A DNA stretch of 64,000 nucleotides from an uncultured Gemmatimonadaceae bacterium (GTDB lineage Bacteria; Gemmatimonadota; Gemmatimonadetes; Gemmatimonadales; Gemmatimonadaceae): the NCBI GenBank assembly GCA_963829055.1, contig CAWHHI010000016.1:672001-736000 (forward strand), given 5' to 3'. Below, one piece after another: positions 1-10,785 of the stretch (the first letter of the stretch is position 1; every line of letters begins with the position of its first letter). A program made the position numbers and the translations under genes. The notes beneath the pieces are model-generated. The model saw nothing but the letters and a program-made list of their open reading frames with translations, was not told the origin of the DNA and made no database searches.

Positions 1-981
1 TGTCTCGCGCTGTTCGGCAACCAGTCGCGCGTAGCCATCGCGCACGCCGCGGTCACTCGTGTCGACATCGATCGTCGCGCCAGACTCTGGATCCACGAGG
101 CGCGCGAGCCCGATGTCGGGCAGCGTCTCCTCGCTCGGATCCTCGATCGTCACCGCGACGACGTCGTGCTGCTGCGCCGCGAGCTTGAGCGGACGCTCGA
201 GGTGTTCGGAGAAGAAATCCGACACGAGAAAGATGATCGCCTTCTGCCGCAGCATGCCACGCATGTACTCGAGCGCGCCGGCGATGTCCGTGCCGCGCCC
301 CTCGGGCTCGTGCACGAGCAGGTCGCGGATGACGCGGAGCACGTGACGACGCCCCTTCTTCGGCGGCACGACATGCTCGACGCGGTCGGTGAACAGCATG
401 ACACCGACGCGATCGTTGTTCCGCACGGCGGACATGGCGAGTACGGCACCGAGCTCGGTGGCGAGCTCGCTCTTGAACCGCCTAACGGTGCCGAATCGCT
501 CGGACCCGGAGAGGTCGACCGCGAGCATGACGGTGAGCTCACGCTCTTCGATGTAGCGCTTCACGAACGGACGCCGCATGCGCGCCGTCACGTTCCAGTC
601 GATGGAGCGCACCTCGTCGCCAGGCTGATACTCCCGCACCTCCGCGAACTCCATTCCCTGCCCCTTGAACACGGAGCGGTACTCGCCGCTGAACACCGAG
701 TTCACGAGACCGCGCGTGCGAAGCTCGATGAGCTTCACCTGCTTGAGCACTTCGGGCGGGACGCCGGCGACGACCTTCTGTCGCGCCGCATCAGGCTCCG
801 CTCCGCGACGGGAACGGGTAACGGGGAACCGGGAACCGATGGCCAACGGCGCCGTCGGCGGCGTACGCAGCGCATGCCTCGCCCGCGCCGGCGTCTCGAA
901 CGCTACCTGCGACGCCTTCCCCCGTTCCCCGTTCCCGTCCGCCCGCTGATCGCGGGCACCCGCCCGTTCCCTGTCTGTCAT
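1..981 (-). CDS. DUF58 domain protein (MoxR-associated), runs off the left edge
   Basis: Hand translation from ATG 981, which overlaps the moxR stop: ...EVLKQVKLIELRTRGLVNSVFSGEYRSVFKGQGMEFAEVREYQPGDEVRSIDWNVTAR...EERELTVMLAVDLSGS; directly downstream of moxR. Confidence 0.9.
   Translation of the reverse strand, partial: MTDRERAGARDQRADGNGERGKASQVAFETPARARHALRTPPTAPLAIGSRFPVTRSRRGAEPDAARQKVVAGVPPEVLKQVKLIELRTRGLVNSVFSGEYRSVFKGQGMEFAEVREYQPGDEVRSIDWNVTARMRRPFVKRYIEERELTVMLAVDLSGSERFGTVRRFKSELATELGAVLAMSAVRNNDRVGVMLFTDRVEHVVPPKKGRRHVLRVIRDLLVHEPEGRGTDIAGALEYMRGMLRQKAIIFLVSDFFSEHLERPLKLAAQQHDVVAVTIEDPSEETLPDIGLARLVDPESGATIDVDTSDRGVRDGYARLVAEQRET
810..936. repeat. Two inverted arrays of 7-bp tandem repeats (GGGAACS) in the 5' part of the DUF58 gene
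   Basis: GGGAACG GGTAACG GGGAACC GGGAACC at 810-837; CCTTCCC c CGTTCCC CGTTCCC at 915-936. Confidence 0.75.
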
Positions 982-1962
982 GGACTTTCGATCTTTCCGA
1001 GAATCTTGGCCACGATGTCGTCGCTCGTGACCTCTTCGGCCTCGGCTTCGTACGTCGTGAGCACGCGATGACGGAGCACGTCAGGAGCGATCGACTTCAC
1101 ATCGTCCGGAGTCACGAACGTGCGTCCGCGGAGGAACGCGTGCGCACGCGAGGCCTGCGCCAATGCGATCGTCGCGCGCGGGCTGGCTCCGAACTCGATG
1201 AGCGGCGCGAGCTCCTTGAGACCCGACTCCGCCGGTTCACGCGTCGCATGCACGATCTCGACGATGTAATCGACGATCCGCTCGTCCATGTACAGCTCGG
1301 AAATGCGGTGCCGTGCGTCCATGATCGCGAGCGGCGACGCGACGTGCTGCAACCGAGATCGGTTCGCCGCCAGCCATGCGACGCATGATCTCCTTCTCTT
1401 CGTCGCGCGACGGGTAGCCGACGCGGAGCTTGAGCATGAAGCGGTCGACCTGCGCTTCGGGCAGCGGGTACGTACCCTCCTGCTCGATGGGATTTTGCGT
1501 CGCCAACACGAGGAACGGCTCGTCGAGCTTGAACGTCTGGCCGCCGAGCGTGACCTGCTTCTCCTGCATGGCCTCGAGCAGCGCAGCCTGCACTTTCGCC
1601 GGCGCACGGTTGATTTCGTCGGCGAGCACGATGTTCGCGAAGATCGGGCCCTTCTTCACGGAGAACTGTCCCGTGGACTGGTCGAACACCTGGGTGCCTA
1701 ACACGTCCGCGGGAAGCAGATCCGGCGTGAACTGAATACGCTGGAAGCTCGTATCGATCGTTTCAGCGAGCGTGCGCACGGTCAGCGTTTTCGCGAGTCC
1801 CGGAACGCCCTCGAGCAACACGTGTCCGCCAGTCAGAAGGCTGATCAACAGCCGCTCGACCATGTATTCCTGCCCGACGACGCGACGCCCCACCTGACGC
1901 ATTACGCCCTGAACGAGCGCCATGTCCGCCTGCGAGGAGACCTGTGTTGCCGCTGTTGCCAC
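978..1962 (-). CDS. moxR: MoxR family AAA+ ATPase (one apparent frameshift near 1351)
   Basis: [13 protein letters not shown]alker [58 protein letters not shown]-terminus [16 protein letters not shown] lies in the second frame; GTG 1962 after GGAG. Confidence 0.92.
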
Positions 1963-2138
1963 GTGCACACTCCATGGAAATGGGCCCAGTGCGGCGCGAG
2001 TTCGTCGCGTGAGCCCGCTGATTCAAGTTCAGGACCGAAGCCGTGCCTGCGCCAGATAGGCCGCAGGCCGGTCTTCAGAGTATACACGAAACCAGTGATT
2101 CGGCTCCGCGAGTCACGACGAATCGCTACCGCGAATCG

Positions 2139-3029
2139 CTACCGCGGCTTTCTCGGTACCCGCCGTTCGGGTGGCCGGGGGCGCGGCGCCCGCTCATCCG
2201 ACGATCCATCACGCGCTCGATCGTGCGGCACATCACGTTTCGCAGCCGAGCGGCGAGGCCGGTCACGGCGGACGGGTCGGGTTTTTTCCGGACTCAGCCC
2301 GAGTGGCCTTCCGAGGAGTGACTCGAGCTCATGCCGCTCGCGACTCGAGAGCGCGCGCGTCGCGCCGCTCGGCAACGGTCCGAGCACCACGGGACCGAAT
2401 CGCACGCGCACGAGTCGCTCGACTTCGAGGCCCAGCGCCTCGCACAGGCGACGCACCTCGCGGTTTTTCCCTTCCGCGATCGTGAGCTCGAGCTCGGACG
2501 TGCGATTCCCCATCTGTCGCACTTCCACCACCGATGGCCGGACGAACCCGTCTTCGAGCTCTACGCCACGGCGCGCTTCAGCAGCCGCGACGCGCACAGG
2601 TCCCCGCACGGTCGCGACGTAGGTCCGCTCGATCTCGCTGCTCGGGTGCGTGAGCAGGTGCGCCGCGTCGCCATCGGTCGTGAGCAGCAACACGCCTTCG
2701 GTGAGATAGTCGAGGCGGCCAACGTACGTGAGCCCGGGAGTGTTGGGCACCATGTCGAACACGGTGCGCCGACCCTCTGGATCGGACCGCGTCGTGACCA
2801 CACCCGGCGGCTTGTTGAACACGATCCATTCGTACGTCGACGCTGGCGGTGGTAGCTCCTTGCCATCGACGCTGATCCGGTCCTTGGTGGGATCGACCGC
2901 CTGTCCGGTTCGCGCCACGACGCCATTCACGAGCACGCGGCCGTTCGCCACCAACTCCTCCGCCTTGCGGCGCGACGCGATGCCCGCACGAGCGAGCGCG
3001 CGGTGAATTCGCATCGGCTCGTTGCTCAC
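2139..3029 (-). CDS. rluB: rRNA pseudouridine synthase, RsuA/RluB family
   Basis: S4 domain ([17 protein letters not shown]), catalytic VGRLD motif, EGKNREVRR; scpA-scpB-rluB synteny. Confidence 0.9.
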   Translation of the reverse strand: MSNEPMRIHRALARAGIASRRKAEELVANGRVLVNGVVARTGQAVDPTKDRISVDGKELPPPASTYEWIVFNKPPGVVTTRSDPEGRRTVFDMVPNTPGLTYVGRLDYLTEGVLLLTTDGDAAHLLTHPSSEIERTYVATVRGPVRVAAAEARRGVELEDGFVRPSVVEVRQMGNRTSELELTIAEGKNREVRRLCEALGLEVERLVRVRFGPVVLGPLPSGATRALSSRERHELESLLGRPLGLSPEKTRPVRRDRPRRSAAKRDVPHDRARDGSSDERAPRPRPPERRVPRKPR

Positions 3030-3592
3030 GTGGTCGGTGCCGGTTCGGCCGTCGCCGGCGGAGTCACGCTGCGCAGCGCGATCGCGAGCTCGTCGCCCCG
3101 TGGCAACTCCTCGAGATGCCGCAGCGCGAACTGCTCGAGGAAGATCGGCGTCGTCCCATACAGGAGCGGCCTGCCCACGCCTTCGGCGCGGCCAACGACG
3201 TCGATGAGCCCACGCTCGAGAAGCGACTTGAGGACACTCCCGACGGCGACACCGCGAATCTCCTCGATCTCGGCTCGGCCGATGGGCTGACGGTACGCGA
3301 TGATTGCCAGCGTCTCGAGCGACGCACCCGACAGCCGGTGCGGACGCGCCGCAAGCTGTGCGCGTTCGATCGCCTCCGTGTACTCGGCGCGCGTGAGAAT
3401 CTGCCAGCCGCCGCCGACGTCCACCAACTCGACACCGTGTCCGGCAGTGTCGTATGTCTCACGCAATTCATCGAGCGCGGACTGCAGGGCCGCAGGCGAT
3501 GCCTCCGAGTCGAGTGCTGCGAGCTCGTCGAGCGGAATGGGGCGTGCGCTCGCGAAGAGCGCGGCTTCAAGCAACCTGGCTAGCGGATTCAC
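3026..3592 (-). CDS. scpB: SMC-Scp complex subunit ScpB
   Basis: [48 protein letters not shown]. Confidence 0.95.
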   Translation of the reverse strand: MNPLARLLEAALFASARPIPLDELAALDSEASPAALQSALDELRETYDTAGHGVELVDVGGGWQILTRAEYTEAIERAQLAARPHRLSGASLETLAIIAYRQPIGRAEIEEIRGVAVGSVLKSLLERGLIDVVGRAEGVGRPLLYGTTPIFLEQFALRHLEELPRGDELAIALRSVTPPATAEPAPTT

Positions 3593-4286
3593 GACTGATC
3601 AATACGGAGGCAAAGGGAGCGAGCTGGGCGAGGCGCAGCTCACCGCGGCGCGCGAGCTCGAGCAACGCCAGCAGCGCCGAGAGCACCTGCCACGGCTGCG
3701 ATGTCGGCGGGCACACGTCGCGCCATCGAGCGGTAGCGCGGAGGGCGAGAACGGCGCGCACGGTCTCGATGGCGCCATCCACGTCCAGCGGGCGCGCCAC
3801 GACGTCGTGGATCGCCGGCTCACGAGCGACGCGAAGCACACGGTCGGTAGCCGCGAGCAGCTCGGCGAGCGAGAGCGCCAGCGGCGCCATGGGCGGCGCG
3901 ATCTGCTGCGGAACGTACGCGCGCGCGAATCGGCTGCGTCGTTCCTCGCCCAGACGCTCGAGCACATCGACGACTTCGCGCATCTGTTGGTATTCCAACA
4001 GACGACGCACGAGCTCAGCCCGAGGATCTTCCCACGCATCGTCCAGCTCGTTCCGCGGGAGGAGCATCTGCGCCTTGATGCGGAGCAGCCGCGCGGCCAT
4101 CTCGAGATAGTCGGCCGCCTGATCGAGCTGCATGAACCGGATGTGCGCCAGAAACTGCTCGGCGATGCGCGCGATCGGGATGTCGTAAATGTCGACCTGC
4201 TCGTCGCGGATGAGCGAGAGCAACAGGTCGAGCGGCCCACTGAACTGCGTGAGCTCGATGACGAACGGCGTCGTGGCGTCGGACAT
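3567..4286 (-). CDS. scpA: Segregation/condensation protein A (kleisin)
   Basis: FSGPLDLLLSLIR...DIYDIPIARIAEQF...LRIKAQMLLP...EDPRAELVRRLLEY, C-terminal LALLEL; start placed at ATG 4286. Confidence 0.93.
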   Translation of the reverse strand: MSDATTPFVIELTQFSGPLDLLLSLIRDEQVDIYDIPIARIAEQFLAHIRFMQLDQAADYLEMAARLLRIKAQMLLPRNELDDAWEDPRAELVRRLLEYQQMREVVDVLERLGEERRSRFARAYVPQQIAPPMAPLALSLAELLAATDRVLRVAREPAIHDVVARPLDVDGAIETVRAVLALRATARWRDVCPPTSQPWQVLSALLALLELARRGELRLAQLAPFASVLISRESASQVA

Positions 4287-4354
4287 CGGATCGAGTCGTC
4301 GCGACTCGATGACCGCGCCATCGAACGCGAGCGGGCTCGTGAGGGCGGGCGGGA

Positions 4355-5062
4355 TCAGAACGTCGATGTCCATGGGCTCGGCACGACGTATGGCATAACG
4401 AGTCTCATCGCATTCTCGAAAATGATGGACATTGGCCGCATCCACATCTGCAGCAGACCGCGAAAGAACAGCAGGAGTCCGAGGATCAGGAACATTCCGT
4501 AGAAGCCGAGGCGCTGGTAGTGCACGGCGATCGTCGCCGGCAGGAAATGCTTCACGACATGTGATCCATCGAGCGGCGGAATCGGCAGCAGGTTGAACGC
4601 GACGAGCACGAGGTTGAAGCTGATGCCCACGATCAACATCGTCTGCACTATCGCGACGGCACTGGACGTTACCGGCACCACGCGCGCAACGAGACCAACC
4701 AGCACGATCAACAGGACACAAGCGATCGCGAGCACCGCATTCGTCGCGACGCCAGCAAGCGACACAATGATGTCACCTCGGCGATACGACCGATAATTCC
4801 GCGGATCCACGGGGACGGGCTTCGCGCCGCCGAAGATCAATGGCTGGCCCAGCAGTCCGCCGCCGAAGTACGTGATGAGCGGAAGGATCACCGTCATCAC
4901 GGGGTCGATGTGCCGAATCGGGTTCCAGGTGAGTCGGCCAAGTTGCTGTGCCGTCGAGTCACCTTGCTTGAGGGCTGCGTACCCGTGCGCGTACTCATGC
5001 GCGACCATCGATGCGAGTAGCACGGGCGCGTACAACAGGAAGAGCTCGATTCGTTGCAGCAC
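4355..5062 (-). CDS. Site-2 protease (M50 family) membrane metalloprotease
   Basis: HEYAH and FNLLPIPPLDG motifs, AKPVPV, several TM helices. Confidence 0.92.
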   Translation of the reverse strand: MLQRIELFLLYAPVLLASMVAHEYAHGYAALKQGDSTAQQLGRLTWNPIRHIDPVMTVILPLITYFGGGLLGQPLIFGGAKPVPVDPRNYRSYRRGDIIVSLAGVATNAVLAIACVLLIVLVGLVARVVPVTSSAVAIVQTMLIVGISFNLVLVAFNLLPIPPLDGSHVVKHFLPATIAVHYQRLGFYGMFLILGLLLFFRGLLQMWMRPMSIIFENAMRLVMPYVVPSPWTSTF

Positions 5063-5263
5063 GATCTCTCGCGGCGGTGAGCCCAGGCGCGGCAGCGCGA
5101 AGACGGCCGCGTTCCCGCGACTGGGGCGAAAAGCTAGCGGGACCGCACGCGCGAGTCAAAGCAAAAACACGCTCGACTTCGCATGGCCCGAGCCTTTGAC
5201 GGCTCGACGGTGCATCAACGTTTTGCACGTGGCGCGTGTACTTCATCCGATTGCCACGCGACA

Positions 5264-5275
5264 CGTGATATCACG
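5264..5275. promoter_or_regulatory. 12-bp perfect palindrome CGTGATATCACG, possible operator
   Basis: 25 nt upstream of ATG 5300 in a divergent intergenic region. Confidence 0.3.
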
Positions 5276-5299
5276 CTCAAACGACACGTTGGGGGATTC

Positions 5300-5665
5300 A
5301 TGAAACGGATTCGAGTATTCGCGCTGCTGGCAGCGCTTGTCGCCTTCGCCGCGCCGGCGGCACACGCACAGGGTGGCGGCGGTGGTCAGGGCGGGCGGGG
5401 CCGGCAGATGGAGATGCTGATGCAGGGCATCACGCTCACCGACGCGCAGAAGGCCTCGGTCGACTCGATCGGGCAGGTCTACCGCGCCCAGATGCCGCCC
5501 ATGCAGCAGGGCACGCCGCCGGACTCGGCCACGCGGGCCAAGATGATGGACGTGCGCCAGAAGCAGTACGCGGCGGTCCGCGCCGTCCTCACCCCCGAGC
5601 AGCAGAAGACCTTCGACAAGAACCTCGAGGAGATGCGCGCCAACGCCGCCAAGCCCAAGCCATAA
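5300..5665 (+). CDS. Secreted Spy/CpxP-like (LTXXQ) protein
   Basis: Signal peptide MKRIRVFALLAALVAFAAPAAHA; two LTxxQ motifs (LTDAQK, LTPEQQ). Confidence 0.8.
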   Translation: MKRIRVFALLAALVAFAAPAAHAQGGGGGQGGRGRQMEMLMQGITLTDAQKASVDSIGQVYRAQMPPMQQGTPPDSATRAKMMDVRQKQYAAVRAVLTPEQQKTFDKNLEEMRANAAKPKP

Positions 5666-5687
5666 GCGGCTGCACGTAGGCAACAAC

Positions 5688-5730
5688 ACAGCGGGCCGGC
5701 ACTCGATCGAGTGCCGGCCCGCTGTCGTTT
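5688..5730 (+). terminator. Intrinsic terminator-like hairpin
   Basis: Perfect 38-bp palindrome 5688-5725 followed by CGTTT. Confidence 0.7.
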
Positions 5731-5768
5731 CGCACGTATTGTGGGCGAGTCCAAGCCCCTGCACCGCC

Positions 5769-5797
5769 TTGACATCGCTCCTCGCCACGGGTAAGGT
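5769..5797 (+). promoter_or_regulatory. Sigma70-type promoter of rpsT
   Basis: TTGACA (5769-5774), 17-nt spacer, TAAGGT (5792-5797). Confidence 0.75.
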
Positions 5798-5846
5798 TCG
5801 GGTCTCTATTTTTGAACGTTGATTCAGGGAATCCGGAGACCAAGAC

Positions 5847-6086
5847 GTGCCGAATATCGCGTCCGCGAAGAAGAACATGAGAAAGGCTCGAGCTGCCACG
5901 GTGCGCAATCGCGCGCAACGCTCGGCGCTCCGCACTGCACTCAAGAAGGCCAAGGCTCCTACCGCGAGCCCCGAAGAGCGGACGACTGCCGTCAGCTTGC
6001 TCGATCGCGCCGCACGCAAGGGTCTCATCCACGCGAATGCCGCCGCGCGACACAAGAGCCGGCTCGCTATCGCCGCGAACAAGTAA
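5847..6086 (+). CDS. rpsT: 30S ribosomal protein S20
   Basis: MPNIASAKKNMRK...LLDRAARKGLIHANAAARHKSRLA. Confidence 0.97.
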   Translation: MPNIASAKKNMRKARAATVRNRAQRSALRTALKKAKAPTASPEERTTAVSLLDRAARKGLIHANAAARHKSRLAIAANK

Positions 6087-6106
6087 GATCGGTTCGCGTC
6101 GCGGCT

Positions 6107-6142
6107 GAAAAGCAAAAGGGCCCGGACTCAGTCCGGGCCCTT
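6107..6142. terminator. Terminator between convergent genes
   Basis: AAGGGCCCGGAC-TCA-GTCCGGGCCCTT stem (6116-6142); A-rich left flank gives a U-tract on the - strand. Confidence 0.8.
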
Positions 6143-6162
6143 CGTGCGTTCGGCGGCGCGTC

Positions 6163-7170
6163 CTACATCGCGGCGAGCTCGCCACCGCAACGCTCGCAGT
6201 ACCACTCGGTGGGGTAGTTCATGGTGCCACATTCCTGACACTTGAGCGTCTTGATCTGCTCAGTTGGAACGTCCTTGAGAAAGGCCGGAATGCTGCCTGG
6301 CGTGAGTGAGGAATTCGTTTCCTGCCCTTCCTTTGCAATGAGCGGGGTCGACGTCAGAACGGGCGTCGGCGCGGCGTTTCTACGCGGTGGCGCGGCCGGA
6401 GCCCCGGCGTTGATCGTGTCAGCCATCGACACCCGGGCAGCGGCGTGGGCGGACCCGCGGTTCTCGACCCGCGGCTCCGGAGCCGGCGCGACGTCGGCGG
6501 CCATGTGTGACGAGGCTGGCCGATCCACGACTGACTGCAGGAACGCGAGCTCATCGAAGCTGGCAGCAGGAGCGGGGCGGCTCGGCGCCTGATAGGCTGG
6601 TTGCGGCGGCGGCGGCGGGGGTGCGGCAGCCACAGGTGCTGCGGCCGGCGGGGGTGGCATCGGCGGGGCTGCTACCGGTTCCGGCGCGAGAGACTCGATG
6701 GGAACGACAGACGCTTCACCGGCGGGCGGTGTCGGCGGGCGCACCGCGACCGCCAGAATCTCCTGTACTCGACCTAGCTCCGCACCGACCGTGGCGCGCT
6801 CCGCACCGAGCGAGGAGATCGCTTCGTCGCACCGCTGCATCACCTCGCGCGCGTGCTCGAGCGTGAACTCGCCCACGGACGCGCGGAGCTCGGCTTCCGC
6901 GCGCTCGTCGCGTAGCGACGTCTCATCGGCGTAGAGGGACGCCACGCGCTCCGCGAGCGTGCCGGCAGTCTCCTGCAGCTCGGTCGCGCGGCCGGCGAGC
7001 TGATTGAGAACGTTTTCCAACCGCTCGCCGTAGTCGCCGCGAACACGGTTGAAGACGTGAGGCGGGGTGGTGCCCCTGCGCGCGTCGAGCTGAGCCAACC
7101 ACTGCTCGTATCGGTTGCGCTCTTCCATCAACGCGTTCAACGCGTCCATCGGATTCTGACCGTCGCTCAT
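6163..7170 (-). CDS. Hypothetical protein: N-terminal coiled coil, Pro/Ala linker, C-terminal zinc ribbon
   Basis: Heptad-rich N-terminal ~140 aa; C-terminal KCQECGTMNYPTEWYCERCG; last gene of the pyr run. Confidence 0.8.
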   Translation of the reverse strand: MSDGQNPMDALNALMEERNRYEQWLAQLDARRGTTPPHVFNRVRGDYGERLENVLNQLAGRATELQETAGTLAERVASLYADETSLRDERAEAELRASVGEFTLEHAREVMQRCDEAISSLGAERATVGAELGRVQEILAVAVRPPTPPAGEASVVPIESLAPEPVAAPPMPPPPAAAPVAAAPPPPPPQPAYQAPSRPAPAASFDELAFLQSVVDRPASSHMAADVAPAPEPRVENRGSAHAAARVSMADTINAGAPAAPPRRNAAPTPVLTSTPLIAKEGQETNSSLTPGSIPAFLKDVPTEQIKTLKCQECGTMNYPTEWYCERCGGELAAM

Positions 7171-7173
7171 GCT

Positions 7174-7860
7174 TCACTCCTCTCGACTGCCCGGCAGGGG
7201 GCAGCCTGGATAGATCTCGCCGGGAAACGCTCTCGACCTCGCCGCCTCGAGCGCTCGAACCTCATCCACGCCTAACGTCTGCACTCGGCCGAGTAGCCGA
7301 GCGGTCAACAAAATTTTCGCCGTGTGCTCGAGGCTCTCCATGCGCTGATGCGCGACGAGCAGCGAGGCACCAACGGTTGTCGCTCCATGATTCGCCATCA
7401 AGAACGCGTCGTGCTGTGCAACATACGGCTCGAACGCATCCGCTAACGCAGTCGTGCCGGGCGTCGCATACGGAACCAGCGGCACCCAGCCAACCTGATA
7501 AATGATCTCCGGTAACACGCACGCCGAGAACGACTCGCCCGCAACGGCGAAGCCTGTCGCCGTCGGCGGATGCGCGTGGACCACGGCCTGCACGTCAGGG
7601 CGTCGCTGGTAGATACGCAGGTGCACGGCCACTTCGGACGAGGCCTTCTGCGCTCCGCGCCGACGCTGACCGTCGAGCGAGAGCTCGACCAGGTCCTCCT
7701 CGGTCACGTCCACCTTCGACATCCCGGAGGGTGTCACGAGCACCCGGTCTCCCGGGAGCCGTACCGACACGTTGCCGTCGGGCCCGGCGATCAGCCCGCG
7801 CTCGTACAGGCGCTTGCAGACTCGCACGATTTCCCGCCGTACCGGCAACGACCCGTACAC
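7174..7860 (-). CDS. Class II aldolase/adducin family protein
   Basis: DGNVSVR, VTPSG, SSEVAVHLRIY, AVVHAHPP, LMANHG; start placed at GTG 7860. Confidence 0.92.
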   Translation of the reverse strand: MYGSLPVRREIVRVCKRLYERGLIAGPDGNVSVRLPGDRVLVTPSGMSKVDVTEEDLVELSLDGQRRRGAQKASSEVAVHLRIYQRRPDVQAVVHAHPPTATGFAVAGESFSACVLPEIIYQVGWVPLVPYATPGTTALADAFEPYVAQHDAFLMANHGATTVGASLLVAHQRMESLEHTAKILLTARLLGRVQTLGVDEVRALEAARSRAFPGEIYPGCPLPGSREE

Positions 7861-7865
7861 GCTCG

Positions 7866-9230
7866 TTACCCCGCCGCCTGATGGACGATTCTGCCGCCGA
7901 CAATGGTACACATCACAACACCCTGGAGCGTGTGACCCGAGTACGGGCTGTTCCGGCCCTTCGAGACGAAGTTCGCCGCGTCGACTTTCCACTCGCGCGT
8001 GGGGTCGAAGACCGTCACGTCGGCGACTGCCCCGCGCTGGAGCGAGCCACCGGGTAACCCGAACGTACGCGCCGGCGACACGGACATCCGCTGGATGAGC
8101 GTGGGGAGGTCGATGATCCCGGGCTTCACGAGCCACTTCACCACGACTGCCAGGGCAGTCTCCAGCCCGACGATGCCGTTCGGTGCGTCGGAGAATTCCC
8201 GCTCCTTCTCGTCGTAGTGATGTGGCGCGTGGTCCGTTGCCACGAGATCGATGGTGCCGTCGCGCACCGCCTCGCGAATCGCCTCGACGTCCTCTTCCGT
8301 GCGGAGCGGCGGGTTCATCTTCGCATTCGTGTTGTACCCGTTCACCTCGTTCTCGGTCAGCGAGAGATGATGCGGGCAGGCTTCCGCGGTGACGCGGATG
8401 CCTCGCTCCTTCCCCCACCGAATGAGCTCCACGGAGCCCTTCGTGCTCATGTGACAGAGGTGCACGTGTCCACCGGTGCGGCGCGCGAGGAGGATGTCGC
8501 GGATGACCATGATCTCTTCGGCTTCCGCCGGGATGCCCTTGAGACCAAGCCGTGCGCTGACGATCCCTTCGTTCATCGCGCCGCCCGCCGCGAGCGTCGG
8601 CTCTTCGCAGTGGTCGGCGACCGGAATGCCGAACGTCCGCGCGTACTCGAGCGCCGTTCGCATGAGGTGCGCGCTCGCGACAGGCCTCCCGTCGTCGCTG
8701 ACGGCGACCGCGCCTGCACCGACCATCTCGCCGAATTCGGCCAGGGCTTCGCCCTTCTGGCCTAACGAGATGGCGCCGATGGGATGCACCCGTGCGGCAT
8801 TCGCCATCTGGCCCTGTCGAAGCACGAACCCGACCGCGGCCTGATTGTCCGTGACTGGCTGCGTGTTAGGCATCGCGCAGACGGCCGTGAACCCACCCAC
8901 GGCCGCAGCACGCGCGCCGGTCGCAATGGTCTCGACGTCTTCACGGCCGGGTTCGCGCAGATGGCAGTGCACGTCGATGAACCCGGGCGAGACGACGAGT
9001 CCCGCGCAGTCGATGACGCGAACGTCGTCGCCGTACGACGCTCCTGCCGCCGTTTCGAACGCGCTCGGTCTTCCCGTCCTCGAGAATCGAGGTCCCCTGT
9101 GGCATCGAGGTTCTGCGACGGGTCGATGACTCGCCCGCCGCGCAACACCGTCCTGCGCGCGTCGCCTTTCCGGTCTCCGCTGACCGCTTCCCCGTTCCCG
9201 GTTCCCGCTTTCCCGCTCGCGATCCGTCAC
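7866..9230 (-). CDS. pyrC: Dihydroorotase (compensating indels near the 5' end)
   Basis: [33 protein letters not shown]; the expected N-terminal LRGGRVIDP and ILEDGK appear in the other two frames (about 9150-9060). Confidence 0.95.
   Translation of the reverse strand: MTDRERESGNRERGSGQRRPERRRAQDGVARRASHRPVAEPRCHRGPRFSRTGRPSAFETAAGASYGDDVRVIDCAGLVVSPGFIDVHCHLREPGREDVETIATGARAAAVGGFTAVCAMPNTQPVTDNQAAVGFVLRQGQMANAARVHPIGAISLGQKGEALAEFGEMVGAGAVAVSDDGRPVASAHLMRTALEYARTFGIPVADHCEEPTLAAGGAMNEGIVSARLGLKGIPAEAEEIMVIRDILLARRTGGHVHLCHMSTKGSVELIRWGKERGIRVTAEACPHHLSLTENEVNGYNTNAKMNPPLRTEEDVEAIREAVRDGTIDLVATDHAPHHYDEKEREFSDAPNGIVGLETALAVVVKWLVKPGIIDLPTLIQRMSVSPARTFGLPGGSLQRGAVADVTVFDPTREWKVDAANFVSKGRNSPYSGHTLQGVVMCTIVGGRIVHQAAG
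9186..9214. repeat. 7-bp tandem repeats at the pyrC 5' end
   Basis: GCTTCCC CGTTCCC GGTTCCC GCTTTCCC, same unit as in the DUF58 gene. Confidence 0.65.
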
Positions 9231-10189
9231 CGATCAGATCCCCCTTTCGCCGCATCGGCCAATTCAGGGGCTCCGCCCGCCAGCAGGTACAGCACCGCCA
9301 TCCGGACGGCGACGCCGTTCGTGACCTGCTCGAGGATCACGCTGTGAGGACCATCAGCCACGTCGGAATCGATCTCGACGCCGCGATTCATGGGACCGGG
9401 ATGAAGGATGAGAAGATCGCGCGGCGCGCGGTCGAGCCGCTCGCGCGTCACGCCGAACACACGATTGTACTCGCGAAGCGATGGGATATAACCGCCCTGC
9501 ATGCGCTCCAACTGAAGGCGTAGGACGTTGAGCGCCTCGGCCCATTCGATTGCGGCTTCGATCCGGTCGAACACTTCGACGCCAAGCTCCGAGACGGCGT
9601 TCGGCAGTAGCGACCGAGGGCCGCACACACCGACCTCGGCGCCGAGCTTCTTGAGGCCCCAGATGTTCGAGCGCGCAACGCGTGAATGAAGCACGTCGCC
9701 GCAGATGCACACGCGCCGGCCTTCGAGCGATCCGAAGTGGTCCCGCAGCGTGAGCAGATCGAGGAGCCCCTGCGTGGGATGCTCGTGCGTGCCGTCACCA
9801 GCGTTGATCACGTTCGATTCAATGCGCTCGGCGAGAAAGTGCGCGGCGCCGGACGCACCGTGGCGAATCACCACCATGTCGATGCGCATCGCTTCCAGGT
9901 TCCGGGCCGTATCGACGAGCGTCTCACCCTTGGATACGCTCGACCCCGACGCCGCCACATTCACCGTATCCGCAGACAAACGCTTCTCGGCGAATTCGAA
10001 CGATACGCGCGTCCGCGTGGATGCTTCGAAGAACAGGTTGACGATGGTCGAGCCCCGAAGCGTCGGGACCTTCTTGATCGCCCGCTCGCTGATTTCCTTG
10101 AACGGCCCCGCAGTGTCGAGAATCAATCGAATCTGCTCGGGGGTCAGCGGCTCGAGCGCCAGCAAGTCTTTCCCGAGCGGCGTCGTCAC
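9227..10189 (-). CDS. pyrB: Aspartate carbamoyltransferase catalytic subunit
   Basis: [39 protein letters not shown]. Confidence 0.97.
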   Translation of the reverse strand: MTTPLGKDLLALEPLTPEQIRLILDTAGPFKEISERAIKKVPTLRGSTIVNLFFEASTRTRVSFEFAEKRLSADTVNVAASGSSVSKGETLVDTARNLEAMRIDMVVIRHGASGAAHFLAERIESNVINAGDGTHEHPTQGLLDLLTLRDHFGSLEGRRVCICGDVLHSRVARSNIWGLKKLGAEVGVCGPRSLLPNAVSELGVEVFDRIEAAIEWAEALNVLRLQLERMQGGYIPSLREYNRVFGVTRERLDRAPRDLLILHPGPMNRGVEIDSDVADGPHSVILEQVTNGVAVRMAVLYLLAGGAPELADAAKGGSDR

Positions 10190-10737
10190 GCCACGTCCTC
10201 GCGCCTGACGAGGACCACGCTGTCCTCGCCATCCAGGTCCGAGACGAGCACGTCGACGCGGTCCTTCGCGGCGACGTCTACGCGCTTGCCGACGATGTCG
10301 GCGTGGATCGGCAGCTCGCGCCCGCCTCGATCGACGAGCACGGCAAGCGCGATGCGAGCCGGCCGGCCGAAGTCCGCGAGCTCGTCCAGCGCGGCACGTA
10401 CAGTGCGACCCGTGTGCAGAACGTCGTCGACGATCACGACGCGCCTGCCATTCAGGTCCCAGGGCAGCTTTGTCGGCCCGACCACCGGGCGCGGGCCGAC
10501 GGTCTGCAGGTCATCGCGGTAGAGCGTGATATCGAGCGACCCGCGCGGAACCTTCACCTGCTCGCGTTCGTCGAGGACGTCCGCAATGCGGTCGGCCAGC
10601 TGCACGCCGCGTCGCTGGATACCAACGAGGATCAGGTTGTCTGTTCCGTCGAACAGCTCGACGATCTCGTCGGCCATCCGGCGGAGGGTACGTGCGACGG
10701 CGCGAGCGTCGAGCACGGTCGTGGACTTGTCGGCCAT
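10186..10737 (-). CDS. pyrR: PyrR regulator / uracil phosphoribosyltransferase
   Basis: [37 protein letters not shown] 10737. Confidence 0.95.
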   Translation of the reverse strand: MADKSTTVLDARAVARTLRRMADEIVELFDGTDNLILVGIQRRGVQLADRIADVLDEREQVKVPRGSLDITLYRDDLQTVGPRPVVGPTKLPWDLNGRRVVIVDDVLHTGRTVRAALDELADFGRPARIALAVLVDRGGRELPIHADIVGKRVDVAAKDRVDVLVSDLDGEDSVVLVRREDVA

Positions 10738-10745
10738 GGGGGGCC

Positions 10746-10785
10746 AATATGGGCAGGGCGCGCCGCAAATTGAAGCGGCGCGCCC
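10746..10785 (-). promoter_or_regulatory. Possible promoter of a near-leaderless pyrR transcript overlapping an 11-bp hairpin
   Basis: Minus strand TTCAAT-17 nt-CATATT, then 8 nt to ATG with no SD; stem GGGCGCGCCGC (10756-10766) / GCGGCGCGCCC (10775-10785). Confidence 0.35.

Noticed and set aside
166..4502. Long + strand ORFs such as 166-1071 and 3300-4502, and similar ones elsewhere (59572-61236)
   Set aside because: Antisense shadows of real genes in GC-rich DNA; no motifs.
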